The notes beneath the pieces were generated by a model. The model was given only the letters and a program-made list of their open reading frames with translations. It searched no databases and was not told the origin of the DNA. The position numbers and the translations under genes are program-made. Below are positions 8,433-16,431 of a stretch of DNA of 24,000 nt, piece by piece. Origin of the DNA: Acaryochloris marina S15 (GTDB lineage: Bacteria; Cyanobacteriota; Cyanobacteriia; Thermosynechococcales; Thermosynechococcaceae). Numbering within the stretch: position 1 is the first letter of the stretch; every line of letters starts with the position of its first letter. Where the stretch lies: contig NZ_CP064923.1 of the NCBI RefSeq assembly GCF_018336915.1, positions 406,544 to 430,543 on the forward strand. The letters run 5' to 3'.

Positions 8433-9314
8433 ATGGTCGTCCCCCCACCTCAAAACCCATCGAGTTCGTCGGCTAAAGTGGTGTTGATTACGGGATGTTC
8501 CTCTGGAATTGGCAAAGCTCTAGCCCTTGAGTTTCGGCAACAAGGCTATCAAGTCTTCGCAACTGCTCGGAACCTGGCTGATATGGAGGCACTTGCCCAA
8601 CCAGGGATTGCCACATTGCAGTTAGATGTCACCTGTCCTGCAGAGATAGCCACTGCCATCGATACCCTGGTTGCCGAGACCCAGGGAATCGATATTCTCG
8701 TGAATAATGCGGGCTATGGGGTGATGGGGCCGTTGCTAGATATTCCCAATGGCGAGTTGGTGAACCAATTTCAAACCAATGTGTTTGCACCCATCCATCT
8801 CATCCAGCAGGTGGTGCCTTTGATGGGGAAGGGAGGGCTGATCCTCAATTTGGGGAGTGTTTCAGGGGTGATGAGTACGCCTTTTGCCGGTCCCTACTGT
8901 GCTTCCAAAGCGGCCCTGCATGCGTTATCCGATGCATTGCGAATGGAACTGGCCCCTTTTAAGATTCAGGTCGTGACGGTTCGAGCCGGGGCGATTCAAT
9001 CCCAGTTTGGGCAAACGGCATCCCAGATGGCTGAACGGTTGTTCTCCGCCAACTCTCGCTATCAGCAGCTCGCACCTCAAATTCAGGCACGGGCGCTAGC
9101 GTCTCAGAACCAGGCGACTTCTGCGGCTGTCTTGGCCCAAAAGTTGGTACATCGTATTCAGCACTCGGATCGGCTGCCTCCTGAAATTGCCATTGGCAAC
9201 AAAAGCCGCACCTTGCCATTATTAAAACGGTGGCTACCAACTCGACTATTGGATCGAATTTTGATGCGGAAATTTGGGTTAGGGGATTGGCAGCCGGGTC
9301 CACCGCCAAACTAA
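8433..9314 (+). CDS. Short-chain dehydrogenase/reductase (classical SDR)
   Basis: VVLITGCSSGIGKALA (TGxxxGxG), NNAG, and YCASKAAL (YxxxK catalytic motif). Confidence 0.85.
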   Translation: MVVPPPQNPSSSSAKVVLITGCSSGIGKALALEFRQQGYQVFATARNLADMEALAQPGIATLQLDVTCPAEIATAIDTLVAETQGIDILVNNAGYGVMGPLLDIPNGELVNQFQTNVFAPIHLIQQVVPLMGKGGLILNLGSVSGVMSTPFAGPYCASKAALHALSDALRMELAPFKIQVVTVRAGAIQSQFGQTASQMAERLFSANSRYQQLAPQIQARALASQNQATSAAVLAQKLVHRIQHSDRLPPEIAIGNKSRTLPLLKRWLPTRLLDRILMRKFGLGDWQPGPPPN

Positions 9315-9355
9315 ACCTGACTTTGATTTCAGCTGGAGGGAACGTGAGTCATCAG

Positions 9356-9829
9356 CTAAAGCTCCAAGCGCATTTCGTTAGAGGGGATAAATCCGATCTG
9401 CTCGTAGACGGGTTTGCCCCAAGGAGAGGCATGGAGGATGGCGTGGGTACAGTGTTGCGATCGCAAATACTCCACCGCTACCTCAGTCAATTTGCGACCA
9501 ATTCCCTGGCGACGATAGGCCGATTCCACATAGACACCCCAAATGTAGCCATAGTGGCGCTGGTCCCGATGGATCAAGGATGGATATAACCCAGAAAATA
9601 ATTGACAGCCCACCGACCCGACCATTGCTGCATCAAGAGAGGCGATATATCCTTGATAACCTAATTGATCACGGGCCGTTGCTAAGAACTCTAGGGTGAC
9701 GGTTTGCCAGTCCGGTCGAATCTGCTCTGTAGGCACCTGGTTATCCCGCCACATTTGGTAAAAATGCTGGGCAATCAGTTCATCATCTGTGGGAGTTGCG
9801 GAGCGGATAGTAAGAGAGGCTTCTGGCAT
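9356..9829 (-). CDS. GNAT family N-acetyltransferase
   Basis: 157 aa. VYVESAYRRQGIGRKLTEVAVEYL is the acetyl-CoA binding motif A (Q/RxxGxG/A). Confidence 0.8.
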   Translation of the reverse strand: MPEASLTIRSATPTDDELIAQHFYQMWRDNQVPTEQIRPDWQTVTLEFLATARDQLGYQGYIASLDAAMVGSVGCQLFSGLYPSLIHRDQRHYGYIWGVYVESAYRRQGIGRKLTEVAVEYLRSQHCTHAILHASPWGKPVYEQIGFIPSNEMRLEL

Positions 9830-9874
9830 GGCGGCACATCCCGGAATTTTAGGTCAATCTTTTTGTCCAGAGGG

Positions 9875-10282
9875 TTAATGTATATTGCTCTGAATCACGC
9901 TACTATGGCCGACGATCACCTGCCACAAGCCTTGAGGGGAACGCTGCCATAGACGGGTAAATTGCAGATTGTCCTGGAAAGAAATTTCGCTATAGAGACC
10001 TGCCCACTGCACCTCCACAGAGACAACCATCTGTTCTCCGATGGGTTGGATGCGGCGTTCTGAATACTCAATGGTCTGAAATTGACAGAGCCCGGCTTGA
10101 TGAAAGGCCAGGTCATCTTGTTTACTCATGATCTGGCCCAGATGGTTGGTAAACACTAAATCATCAGCAATCAGTTGATCTAGGGTTGCGACATCAGAGG
10201 TCAGCATGGCTAAGCGAAGCTGTTCTTCAACCTCAATAATTTGCTTCTCTAAGTCAGACGAGAGGGGCTGAGCCATGGGCAA
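9875..10282 (-). CDS. NTF2-like / SnoaL-DUF4440-like small protein
   Basis: 135 aa. The pattern IIEVEEQLRLAMLTSDVATLDQLIADDLVFTNHLGQ...W...RSPQGLWQVIVGHSS is typical of DUF4440/NTF2-fold proteins. The substrate is unknown. Confidence 0.5.
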   Translation of the reverse strand: MPMAQPLSSDLEKQIIEVEEQLRLAMLTSDVATLDQLIADDLVFTNHLGQIMSKQDDLAFHQAGLCQFQTIEYSERRIQPIGEQMVVSVEVQWAGLYSEISFQDNLQFTRLWQRSPQGLWQVIVGHSSVIQSNIH

Positions 10283-10378
10283 TAGACTTGTAACCGGTTA
10301 GAACGGATTGCAATTGGGGCATCCTTGACCCAACATCAATTGGGGTGTAGGAGTCACAATAAATTCAAGCTCGACCGC

Positions 10379-10798
10379 CTAGGACTGGCAGCGATCGCAC
10401 AAGCCACTCACGGTAACCTCATAGGTTTGGGCTTCTAAGCCAGGCCGAAGGTTGTTAAGACTAATTTCTTGGAAACAATTCCAAGAGATGTCTTCAATTT
10501 CGCCACATTGGCGACAGCGGAAATGATGGTGAGGATCGACGTTGGCGTCATATCGGGACACGCCCTCTTCTAATAAGACTTCTCGTACTAGTCCTACATC
10601 TCGTAGGGCTTGCAACGAGCTATACACCGTCGCTTGAGAAGAAATGGGAAAATCCTGATTTAGATCCTGTAGTAGATGTTCTACGGTTGGATGATCGGTC
10701 CGAGACAGCAAATTGGCATACACCGCATAACGTTGGGGTGTTACTCGGAGACCTTTCTCCTTTAAAACTTGCACGATGGTGTCGGCAGACTGCTTCAT
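10379..10798 (-). CDS. perR: Fur-family transcriptional regulator, PerR-like
   Basis: LRVTPQRYAVYANLL...HPTVEHL (winged helix), HHHFRCRQCGEIEDI and GLCDRCQ (two CxxC pairs). It is divergent from a type II peroxiredoxin gene, as for the Synechocystis slr1738/sll1621 pair. Confidence 0.75.
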   Translation of the reverse strand: MKQSADTIVQVLKEKGLRVTPQRYAVYANLLSRTDHPTVEHLLQDLNQDFPISSQATVYSSLQALRDVGLVREVLLEEGVSRYDANVDPHHHFRCRQCGEIEDISWNCFQEISLNNLRPGLEAQTYEVTVSGLCDRCQS

Positions 10799-10915
10799 TA
10801 TTTTTTTTGTAAAACAGCAAATACTATTGCGGCAATTTATTCACCAATTATAGAGGCAAAACTTGCATTGCTTCTATAAAATATAGTATTTCTTAAAAAT
10901 AAGTATATATTACTA

Positions 10916-10946
10916 TTGAATTATTCGTAAATAAGAATTATTCTTA
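10916..10946 (+). promoter_or_regulatory. Putative prx promoter (-35 TTGAAT, 17-nt spacer, -10 TATTCT) overlapped by a perfect 7-1-7 Fur/PerR-type palindrome
   Basis: TAAGAAT-T-ATTCTTA at 10932-10946 is a perfect inverted repeat with the 7-1-7 architecture of Fur-family boxes. TTGAAT lies at 10916-10921 and TATTCT at 10939-10944. The palindrome centre is 61 nt upstream of the prx ATG. Confidence 0.55.
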
Positions 10947-10999
10947 GATGTGTGGAGGCGATTGCCGACACCTGTTCACCCCAACACATGAGGAATAAC

Positions 11000-11572
11000 A
11001 TGGCTGTATTTGCAACTGAGCGAGTACCTGACGTCGTCTTTAAGACCCGAGTTCGGGATGAGTCCGTTTCCGGTCCCAACCCCTATCGTTGGGAAGACAA
11101 AACCACCCAGGATATTTTTGGTGGTAAGCGAGTGGTTGTGTTCTCCCTACCCGGTGCATTTACCCCCACTTGCTCATCGACACACTTACCTCGCTATGAG
11201 GAACTATACGAAGAAATTAAAGCCCAAGGGGTTGATGGTGTCATCTGCCTTTCGGTTAATGATGCATTTGTGATGTTCCAATGGGGCAAGCATCAAGGTG
11301 CTAAGAATGTTTTCTTACTTCCCGACGGCAATGGTGAGTTTACTCGCAAGATGGGCATGTTGGTGGACAAATCTAACCTAGGCTTCGGCATGCGCTCTTG
11401 GCGCTATTCGATGGTTGTCAATGATGGCAAAATCGAAAAAATGTTTATCGAAGCTGATTATGGCGATAACTGCCCTACAGACCCCTTTGAAGTATCTGAT
11501 GCCGATACGATGTTGGCCTATCTCAAGGGTGTCCATGCCAATGCAGCAACTACGGCTGCTGCGGTTGGCTAA
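11000..11572 (+). CDS. Type II (Prx5-like) peroxiredoxin
   Basis: [21 protein letters not shown] (peroxidatic Cys context of PrxII/Prx5)...[18 protein letters not shown] use the ATG at 11000 ([10 protein letters not shown]), which is preceded by AGGAA. The tracked ORF begins at an upstream non-ATG codon. Confidence 0.9.
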   Translation: MAVFATERVPDVVFKTRVRDESVSGPNPYRWEDKTTQDIFGGKRVVVFSLPGAFTPTCSSTHLPRYEELYEEIKAQGVDGVICLSVNDAFVMFQWGKHQGAKNVFLLPDGNGEFTRKMGMLVDKSNLGFGMRSWRYSMVVNDGKIEKMFIEADYGDNCPTDPFEVSDADTMLAYLKGVHANAATTAAAVG

Positions 11573-11598
11573 ATATCTTGGGCCAACGTCCAACGATG

Positions 11599-11631
11599 GA
11601 GTGGGTCGGCTGACCCGCTCTGTTGTGTCTT
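11599..11631 (+). terminator. Hairpin plus U-rich tract between prx and gor (terminator or attenuator)
   Basis: GAGTGGGTC (11599-11607), loop GGCT, GACCCGCTC (11612-11620). This gives a 9-bp stem with one G-U pair, followed by TGTTGTGTCTT. Confidence 0.45.
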
Positions 11632-11684
11632 GGATTGATTAGGCTAAAGTGAAACGCAATTAAATCTGCAAAGGAGGGAAGACG

Positions 11685-13043
11685 ATGAGTTATGACTATG
11701 ATTTGTTTGTGATTGGTGCGGGCTCAGGTGGTATTGCAACGGCCCGGCGAGCAGCTCAATATGGTGCCAAAGTAGGCATTGCAGAATATGACCGTTTGGG
11801 TGGCACCTGCGTCAATCGAGGCTGTGTACCGAAAAAGCTGATGGTCTATGCTTCTCACTTCCCTTCTCAGTTTGATGCTGCCACGGGGTATGGCTGGAGC
11901 CCAGTCGAGAGTAAATTGGACTGGCTCAAAATGATCACGGCAGTGAATGATGAAGTAACTCGACTCAATGGCATCTATCAGAAGATGCTGGATAACTCTA
12001 AAGTCGAGGTTTATCGTGGTCGAGCGGCGTTAGTGGATGCCCATACGGTGACCATTGGTGATCAAAAGGTAACCGCCGATAAAATTTTAGTAGCGGTGGG
12101 GGGTAAGCCCGTCAAGCCGGACAGTATTCCCGGCATCGAACATGCCATCACGTCAGACGATATTTTCAACCTGAAAGAGCAGCCTAAACATCTAGTTGTC
12201 CTCGGTGGTGGCTATATCGGTATTGAGTTTGCCTGCATTCTCAAGGGATTAGGGTCGGACGTGACGTTGATGATTCGGGCTGACAAAATTTTGCGCGGCT
12301 TTGACGACGATATCCGCTCAGAAATTCAAGAGGCGATGCAGAAGCATGGCATCCGAGTGCTGAATAATATGACGGATCTTGCCATTGCCAAATCCGATAC
12401 GGGTCTCCAAATCACCGTTAAGCAGGCGAACAATGCCGAAGAAACCATCCTGGCGGATGCTGTAAGCCTAGCGGCAACAGGCCGTATCCCTAACTTGGAG
12501 GGATTGGGGATTGAAAATACGGCGATAGAAGTAGACGGTGGTGCGATCTCAGTGGATGACTATAGCCAAACAGCGGAACCCAATATTTATGCTGTCGGTG
12601 ACTGTACAGATCGAATCAATTTAACGCCCGTTGCAATTAATGAAGGACGTGCCTTTGCGGATACCCATTTTGGCGGAAATTCTCGCCAGATGAGCTATGA
12701 CAATGTGGCGACGGCCATCTTCACCACCCCAGAAGCAGCCACCGTTGGACTCACGGAAACAGAGGCACAGGAAAAATATGGTGAGGACAAGATCAAGGTG
12801 TATCGAAGTCGCTTCCGCCCCATGTATTACACCCTCCCCAATCATGATGAGAAAACGCTGATGAAACTGATCGTTAATACCGAAACTGATCAGGTTCTGG
12901 GGGCACATATGGTGGGTGACCATGCGGGAGAAATTATTCAAGGGGTCGCGATCGCAGTCAAGATGGGAGCCACAAAAGCCCAGTTTGACGCTACTGTCGG
13001 CATTCACCCGAGTTCTGCCGAAGAATTTGTAACAATGCGCTAA
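11685..13043 (+). CDS. gor: Glutathione-disulfide reductase
   Basis: DLFVIGAGSGGIATARRAA (FAD-binding GxGxxG), GGTCVNRGCVPKK (redox-active disulfide), GGGYIGIEFA (NADPH site), C-terminal HPSSAEEFVTMR. A strong GGAGGG Shine-Dalgarno sequence lies 7 nt upstream. Confidence 0.92.
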   Translation: MSYDYDLFVIGAGSGGIATARRAAQYGAKVGIAEYDRLGGTCVNRGCVPKKLMVYASHFPSQFDAATGYGWSPVESKLDWLKMITAVNDEVTRLNGIYQKMLDNSKVEVYRGRAALVDAHTVTIGDQKVTADKILVAVGGKPVKPDSIPGIEHAITSDDIFNLKEQPKHLVVLGGGYIGIEFACILKGLGSDVTLMIRADKILRGFDDDIRSEIQEAMQKHGIRVLNNMTDLAIAKSDTGLQITVKQANNAEETILADAVSLAATGRIPNLEGLGIENTAIEVDGGAISVDDYSQTAEPNIYAVGDCTDRINLTPVAINEGRAFADTHFGGNSRQMSYDNVATAIFTTPEAATVGLTETEAQEKYGEDKIKVYRSRFRPMYYTLPNHDEKTLMKLIVNTETDQVLGAHMVGDHAGEIIQGVAIAVKMGATKAQFDATVGIHPSSAEEFVTMR

Positions 13044-13124
13044 GCAAAATGTCACTTTTTAGAATTGAGGGGGCACTTTAAGCTCAGGAATCTGGTATCG
13101 AGAGATTCCTCCTCAGAGGATTTG

Positions 13125-13154
13125 ACCCCTGACTTCATGTCAGGGGTTTCTTTA
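13125..13154 (+). terminator. Intrinsic terminator downstream of gor
   Basis: ACCCCTGAC (13125-13133), loop TTCAT, GTCAGGGGT (13139-13147), followed by TTCTTTATT. A second 8-bp hairpin, AGGAATCT/AGATTCCT, lies at 13086-13110 just upstream. Confidence 0.7.
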
Positions 13155-13171
13155 TTGGAATCTAGCGATTT

Positions 13172-13645
13172 TTAGCCCGCTTTCACCAAGACGGTATCTC
13201 CCTCTAGTTTCGCTTCATAGGTGGGAAGTGGATCTTTGGCGGGACCATTGGCAACGGTTCCATCTGCCTTAAATTTGGATCCATGACATCCACAGTCTAA
13301 GGTTCCTCCTTCAGCATTCCAGTCCACGGGACATTGACTATGGGTACATTGATTTTTGAAAGCAACGACCTTTGTTTTGTCATCAGGACTGAGAATGACG
13401 AGTAGGGGGGCACCACCAAAGTCTTCCATGACTACAGACCCACTGCTTTCTAGGTCTGCCAGCTTACCGACTTCGGTAAACCCATCCGCCGTGGTGACTG
13501 GGGCAGGGGCTTCGGCAGTATCAGTGGATTCGGGTGAAGAAGATGCTTCTGGTGTGTCACTCGAGGTGCAAGCTGCGAGCACCACGGGTAAGCTGCTGGC
13601 TAATGTGCCAACCCCTACCCAAGAAAGAAATGTACGACGATCCAT
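13172..13645 (-). CDS. Rieske [2Fe-2S] protein, Tat-exported lipoprotein (PetC3-like)
   Basis: Twin-arginine motif MDRRTFL, lipobox LAAC, a Ser/Thr/Pro/Ala-rich linker, then the Rieske ligands CTHSQC and CGCHGSKF. Confidence 0.8.
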   Translation of the reverse strand: MDRRTFLSWVGVGTLASSLPVVLAACTSSDTPEASSSPESTDTAEAPAPVTTADGFTEVGKLADLESSGSVVMEDFGGAPLLVILSPDDKTKVVAFKNQCTHSQCPVDWNAEGGTLDCGCHGSKFKADGTVANGPAKDPLPTYEAKLEGDTVLVKAG

Positions 13646-13898
13646 TCAGTGTTCTCCTGTATCTGAGATACGGACTTCGCTGGTTATTATGCCTGATCTA
13701 GTTTCAATTCGTTGTACTGCAGCGATATAAAACCTCAATCACATTAGTATCTAGACCCTTCTAACTCAGAAGAGGGCTTCAGGGAGAATTTGACCAGCAA
13801 CTCAAATGACTGGGTTAAAAGATATGCAATAATTTGTTACATTCAAGATCTGGACTGTTCAAGAGGCAGTTCCAAACCATTGTTAGAGAAGAAAAAGC

Positions 13899-15377
13899 AT
13901 GCGTGTTGCAATTGTAGGTGCGGGTCTGGCAGGGATGGCCACCGCAGTTGACTTAGTTGATGCGGGTCACGAAGTAGAACTATATGAAGCTCGTCCCTTT
14001 GTCGGCGGTAAAGTCAGCAGCTGGATCGATGACCAAGGCAATCATATTGAAATGGGCCTGCATGTCTTCTTCGGCAACTACCGTCGCTTGTTTGCACTCA
14101 TGGCAAAGGTGGGGGCTTTAGATCACTTCCTACTGAAAGAGCATGTCCATAACTTTGTCAATAAAGGTGGGCGTTTAGGGGCCTTAGATTTTCGCTTTCT
14201 GATTGGGGCTCCTTTCAATGGTTTGAAAGCCTTTTTCACGACTTCTCAGCTGTCGTTGCGGGACAAGATCCAGAATGCGATCGCACTCGGTACCAGCCCC
14301 ATTGTTCGTGGCCTAGTGGACTACGAAGGGGCGATGCGCAACATTCGTGCCCTAGATAATGTCAGCTTTGCCGATTGGTTCCGCCGTCATGGAGGTAGCA
14401 ATGGCAGTATCAAACGCATGTGGAACCCCATTGCCTATGCCCTTGGGTTTATCGACTGCGAAAATATTTCCGCCCGCTGCATGCTCACCATCTTTCAGAT
14501 GTTTGCTGTCCGCCGAGAAAACTCCATGCTGCGGATGCTAGAAGGCTCGCCTCAAGAATATCTGCATCAACCGATCATCAACTATTTAGAAGAGCGGGGC
14601 GTTAAATTCCACCTCCGTCGGCGCACCTTAGAAGTTTTGTACGACAATAAGGACGACGAAACCCATATTACCGGCCTCCGAGTTGCCAAAGAAGACGGGG
14701 ATGAAATCATTACGGCAGATGCCTATGTCTGTGCCTGTGATGTCCCAGGGATTAAACGGCTGATTCCTGATGATTGGCGGCATTGGTCTGAATTTGACAA
14801 TATCTATAAACTTGATGCAGTCCCCGTTGCCACGGTCCAGCTGCGCTTTGATGGCTGGGTCACCGAAATGAACGACCCCCAGGCTCGTAAACAGGTAGAA
14901 AAAGCAACAGGCTTGGATAACCTCCTCTATACCGCCGATGCCGACTTCTCTTGCTTTGCCGACCTCGCTCTCACTAGCCCCAGCGATTACTATAAGGAAG
15001 GGGAAGGCTCATTGATGCAGCTGGTACTCACCCCAGGCGATCCCTTTATCAAAAAGAGCAACGAAGAAATTGCCAACCATGTCCTCAAACAAGTCCAAGA
15101 GCTGTTCCCTTCGTCCCACGACTTGAATATGACTTGGTACAGTGTGGTCAAACTGGCCCAGTCTCTCTATCGGGAAGCCCCTGGCATGGAGCCTTACCGA
15201 CCCCATCAAAAAACCCCCATTCCTAACTTTTTCCTGGCGGGGAGCTACACCAATCAAGACTATATCGATAGTATGGAAGGGGCTACAATTTCCGGCCACC
15301 AGGCTGCCCAAGCCATCTTAGAAAGCGCGACTACGATTCAGCAACTGAGTGAGAAATATCCATGTCAGATTGGCTAG
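13899..15377 (+). CDS. zds: Zeta-carotene desaturase
   Basis: [19 protein letters not shown] (FAD-binding GxGxxG)...[28 protein letters not shown]...[22 protein letters not shown]. The length (492 aa) and the motifs match plant-type CrtQ/ZDS. Confidence 0.9.
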   Translation: MRVAIVGAGLAGMATAVDLVDAGHEVELYEARPFVGGKVSSWIDDQGNHIEMGLHVFFGNYRRLFALMAKVGALDHFLLKEHVHNFVNKGGRLGALDFRFLIGAPFNGLKAFFTTSQLSLRDKIQNAIALGTSPIVRGLVDYEGAMRNIRALDNVSFADWFRRHGGSNGSIKRMWNPIAYALGFIDCENISARCMLTIFQMFAVRRENSMLRMLEGSPQEYLHQPIINYLEERGVKFHLRRRTLEVLYDNKDDETHITGLRVAKEDGDEIITADAYVCACDVPGIKRLIPDDWRHWSEFDNIYKLDAVPVATVQLRFDGWVTEMNDPQARKQVEKATGLDNLLYTADADFSCFADLALTSPSDYYKEGEGSLMQLVLTPGDPFIKKSNEEIANHVLKQVQELFPSSHDLNMTWYSVVKLAQSLYREAPGMEPYRPHQKTPIPNFFLAGSYTNQDYIDSMEGATISGHQAAQAILESATTIQQLSEKYPCQIG

Positions 15378-15805
15378 AACATAGTGAACAAGTTGAGGTC
15401 CCCGTCAGCATTGAGGCAGCATGGGATCTCTGGTCTAATTTAGAACTGATGCCCCAGTGGATGAATTGGATTGATTCCGTTGAGATCCTCAAAGACAAAC
15501 CCGAGTTATCCCAGTGGACCCTTTCGGGGGGTGGCCTAACCTTTACCTGGTTGTCTCGCATCCTTAAAGAAATTCCCAATCAAATTATTCAATGGGAATC
15601 TGTGGATGGCCTACCCAATCGAGGGGCGATTCGCTTTTATGATCGCAAACAAGATACTAGCGTTGTGAAGCTAACGGTTGCCTATAAGATTCCTGGTGTC
15701 GTAGGACAATTCATGGACAACCTGTTTCTAGGAAATGTGGTGGAATCTAATCTAAGAAGTGATTTACAGCGTTTTCGAGAGTATGCCATTCAACATCACT
15801 CATAG
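15362..15805 (+). CDS. SRPBCC (polyketide cyclase/dehydrase-like, START/Bet v1 fold) protein
   Basis: 147 aa. [24 protein letters not shown]...RGAIRF is the usual N-terminal pattern of cyclase/dehydrase-family proteins. The ATG overlaps the zds 3' end by 16 nt. The position matches the gene downstream of zds in Synechocystis (slr0940/slr0941). Confidence 0.7.
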   Translation: MSDWLEHSEQVEVPVSIEAAWDLWSNLELMPQWMNWIDSVEILKDKPELSQWTLSGGGLTFTWLSRILKEIPNQIIQWESVDGLPNRGAIRFYDRKQDTSVVKLTVAYKIPGVVGQFMDNLFLGNVVESNLRSDLQRFREYAIQHHS

Positions 15806-16405
15806 ATGGGCACGGTTGTTGAGAAACTGGGGCTAGTCGCTGCGGCAATCCTCATGCTTCCGGCTACCGCCGAGGCAGCAAATCTAGAGCACTTACAACA
15901 GTTAAAGCAGACTCACTCCTGTGAAAATTGCGATCTGAGTCATGCTGATTTACGGGTCTTAGATCTTGAAAAGACTGACCTCAGTTATGCAAATTTGAGT
16001 AGTGCGAATTTGAGTGGCATGAACTTGAATCATGCCAACCTTAGTGGGGCAAATTTAACGGCGGCAAATTTTACGGCGGCGAATCTAGCCAGGGCAAATC
16101 TTAAAGGAGCATTCAATCAAAGTCAATGTGATGATGTATTTGCAGATTTAGCTCAGTTGGGTGCATTTGCAGTTTGGAACCAATCCCGTCAATCTGATCA
16201 TGCTTTTGCCTGTTCTATGACGGAACTGATCGATTTGGCACGCATCGCGGGCGTTTTACACACAGTGTCATCGGAATATAAGGATATTCCGATTAGCTTT
16301 CAATTCATGGCTGTTCAGTTCAGAACAATGGGTGTAGCGTTAGAACGCGAGCGAACAAGCTTTTATAAAGCGAATCTCCAAAATGCCAATTTAGAGGATG
16401 CTCGC
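15806..16405 (+). pseudogene. 5' fragment (codons 1-200) of a pentapeptide-repeat protein gene interrupted by an IS
   Basis: Signal peptide MGTVVEKLGLVAAAILMLPATAEA|A, then a run of A(D/N)LxX pentapeptides (DLSHADLRVLDLEKTDLSYANLSSANLSGMNLNHANLSGANLTAANFTAANLARANLKGA). The reading frame runs into the IS and stops after 3 IS-encoded codons (GRI*). Confidence 0.85.
16397..16405. repeat. Target-site duplication, left copy (GATGCTCGC)
   Basis: Identical 9-mer directly abutting both IS termini (16397-16405 and 17892-17900). Confidence 0.85.
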
Positions 16406-16431
16406 GGGCGTATTTAGCGGATCGGGGATGC
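16406..16431. repeat. IS terminal inverted repeat (transposase-distal end)
   Basis: GGGCGTA......GGATCGGGGATGC. The outer 7 nt and the inner 13 nt are perfectly complementary to 17866-17891. Confidence 0.75.

Noticed and set aside
12621-13730. Antisense ORFs 12621..13055 (minus, within gor) and 13356..13730 (plus, within the Rieske gene)
   Set aside because: They lie opposite genes with unambiguous catalytic motifs and have no independent support.
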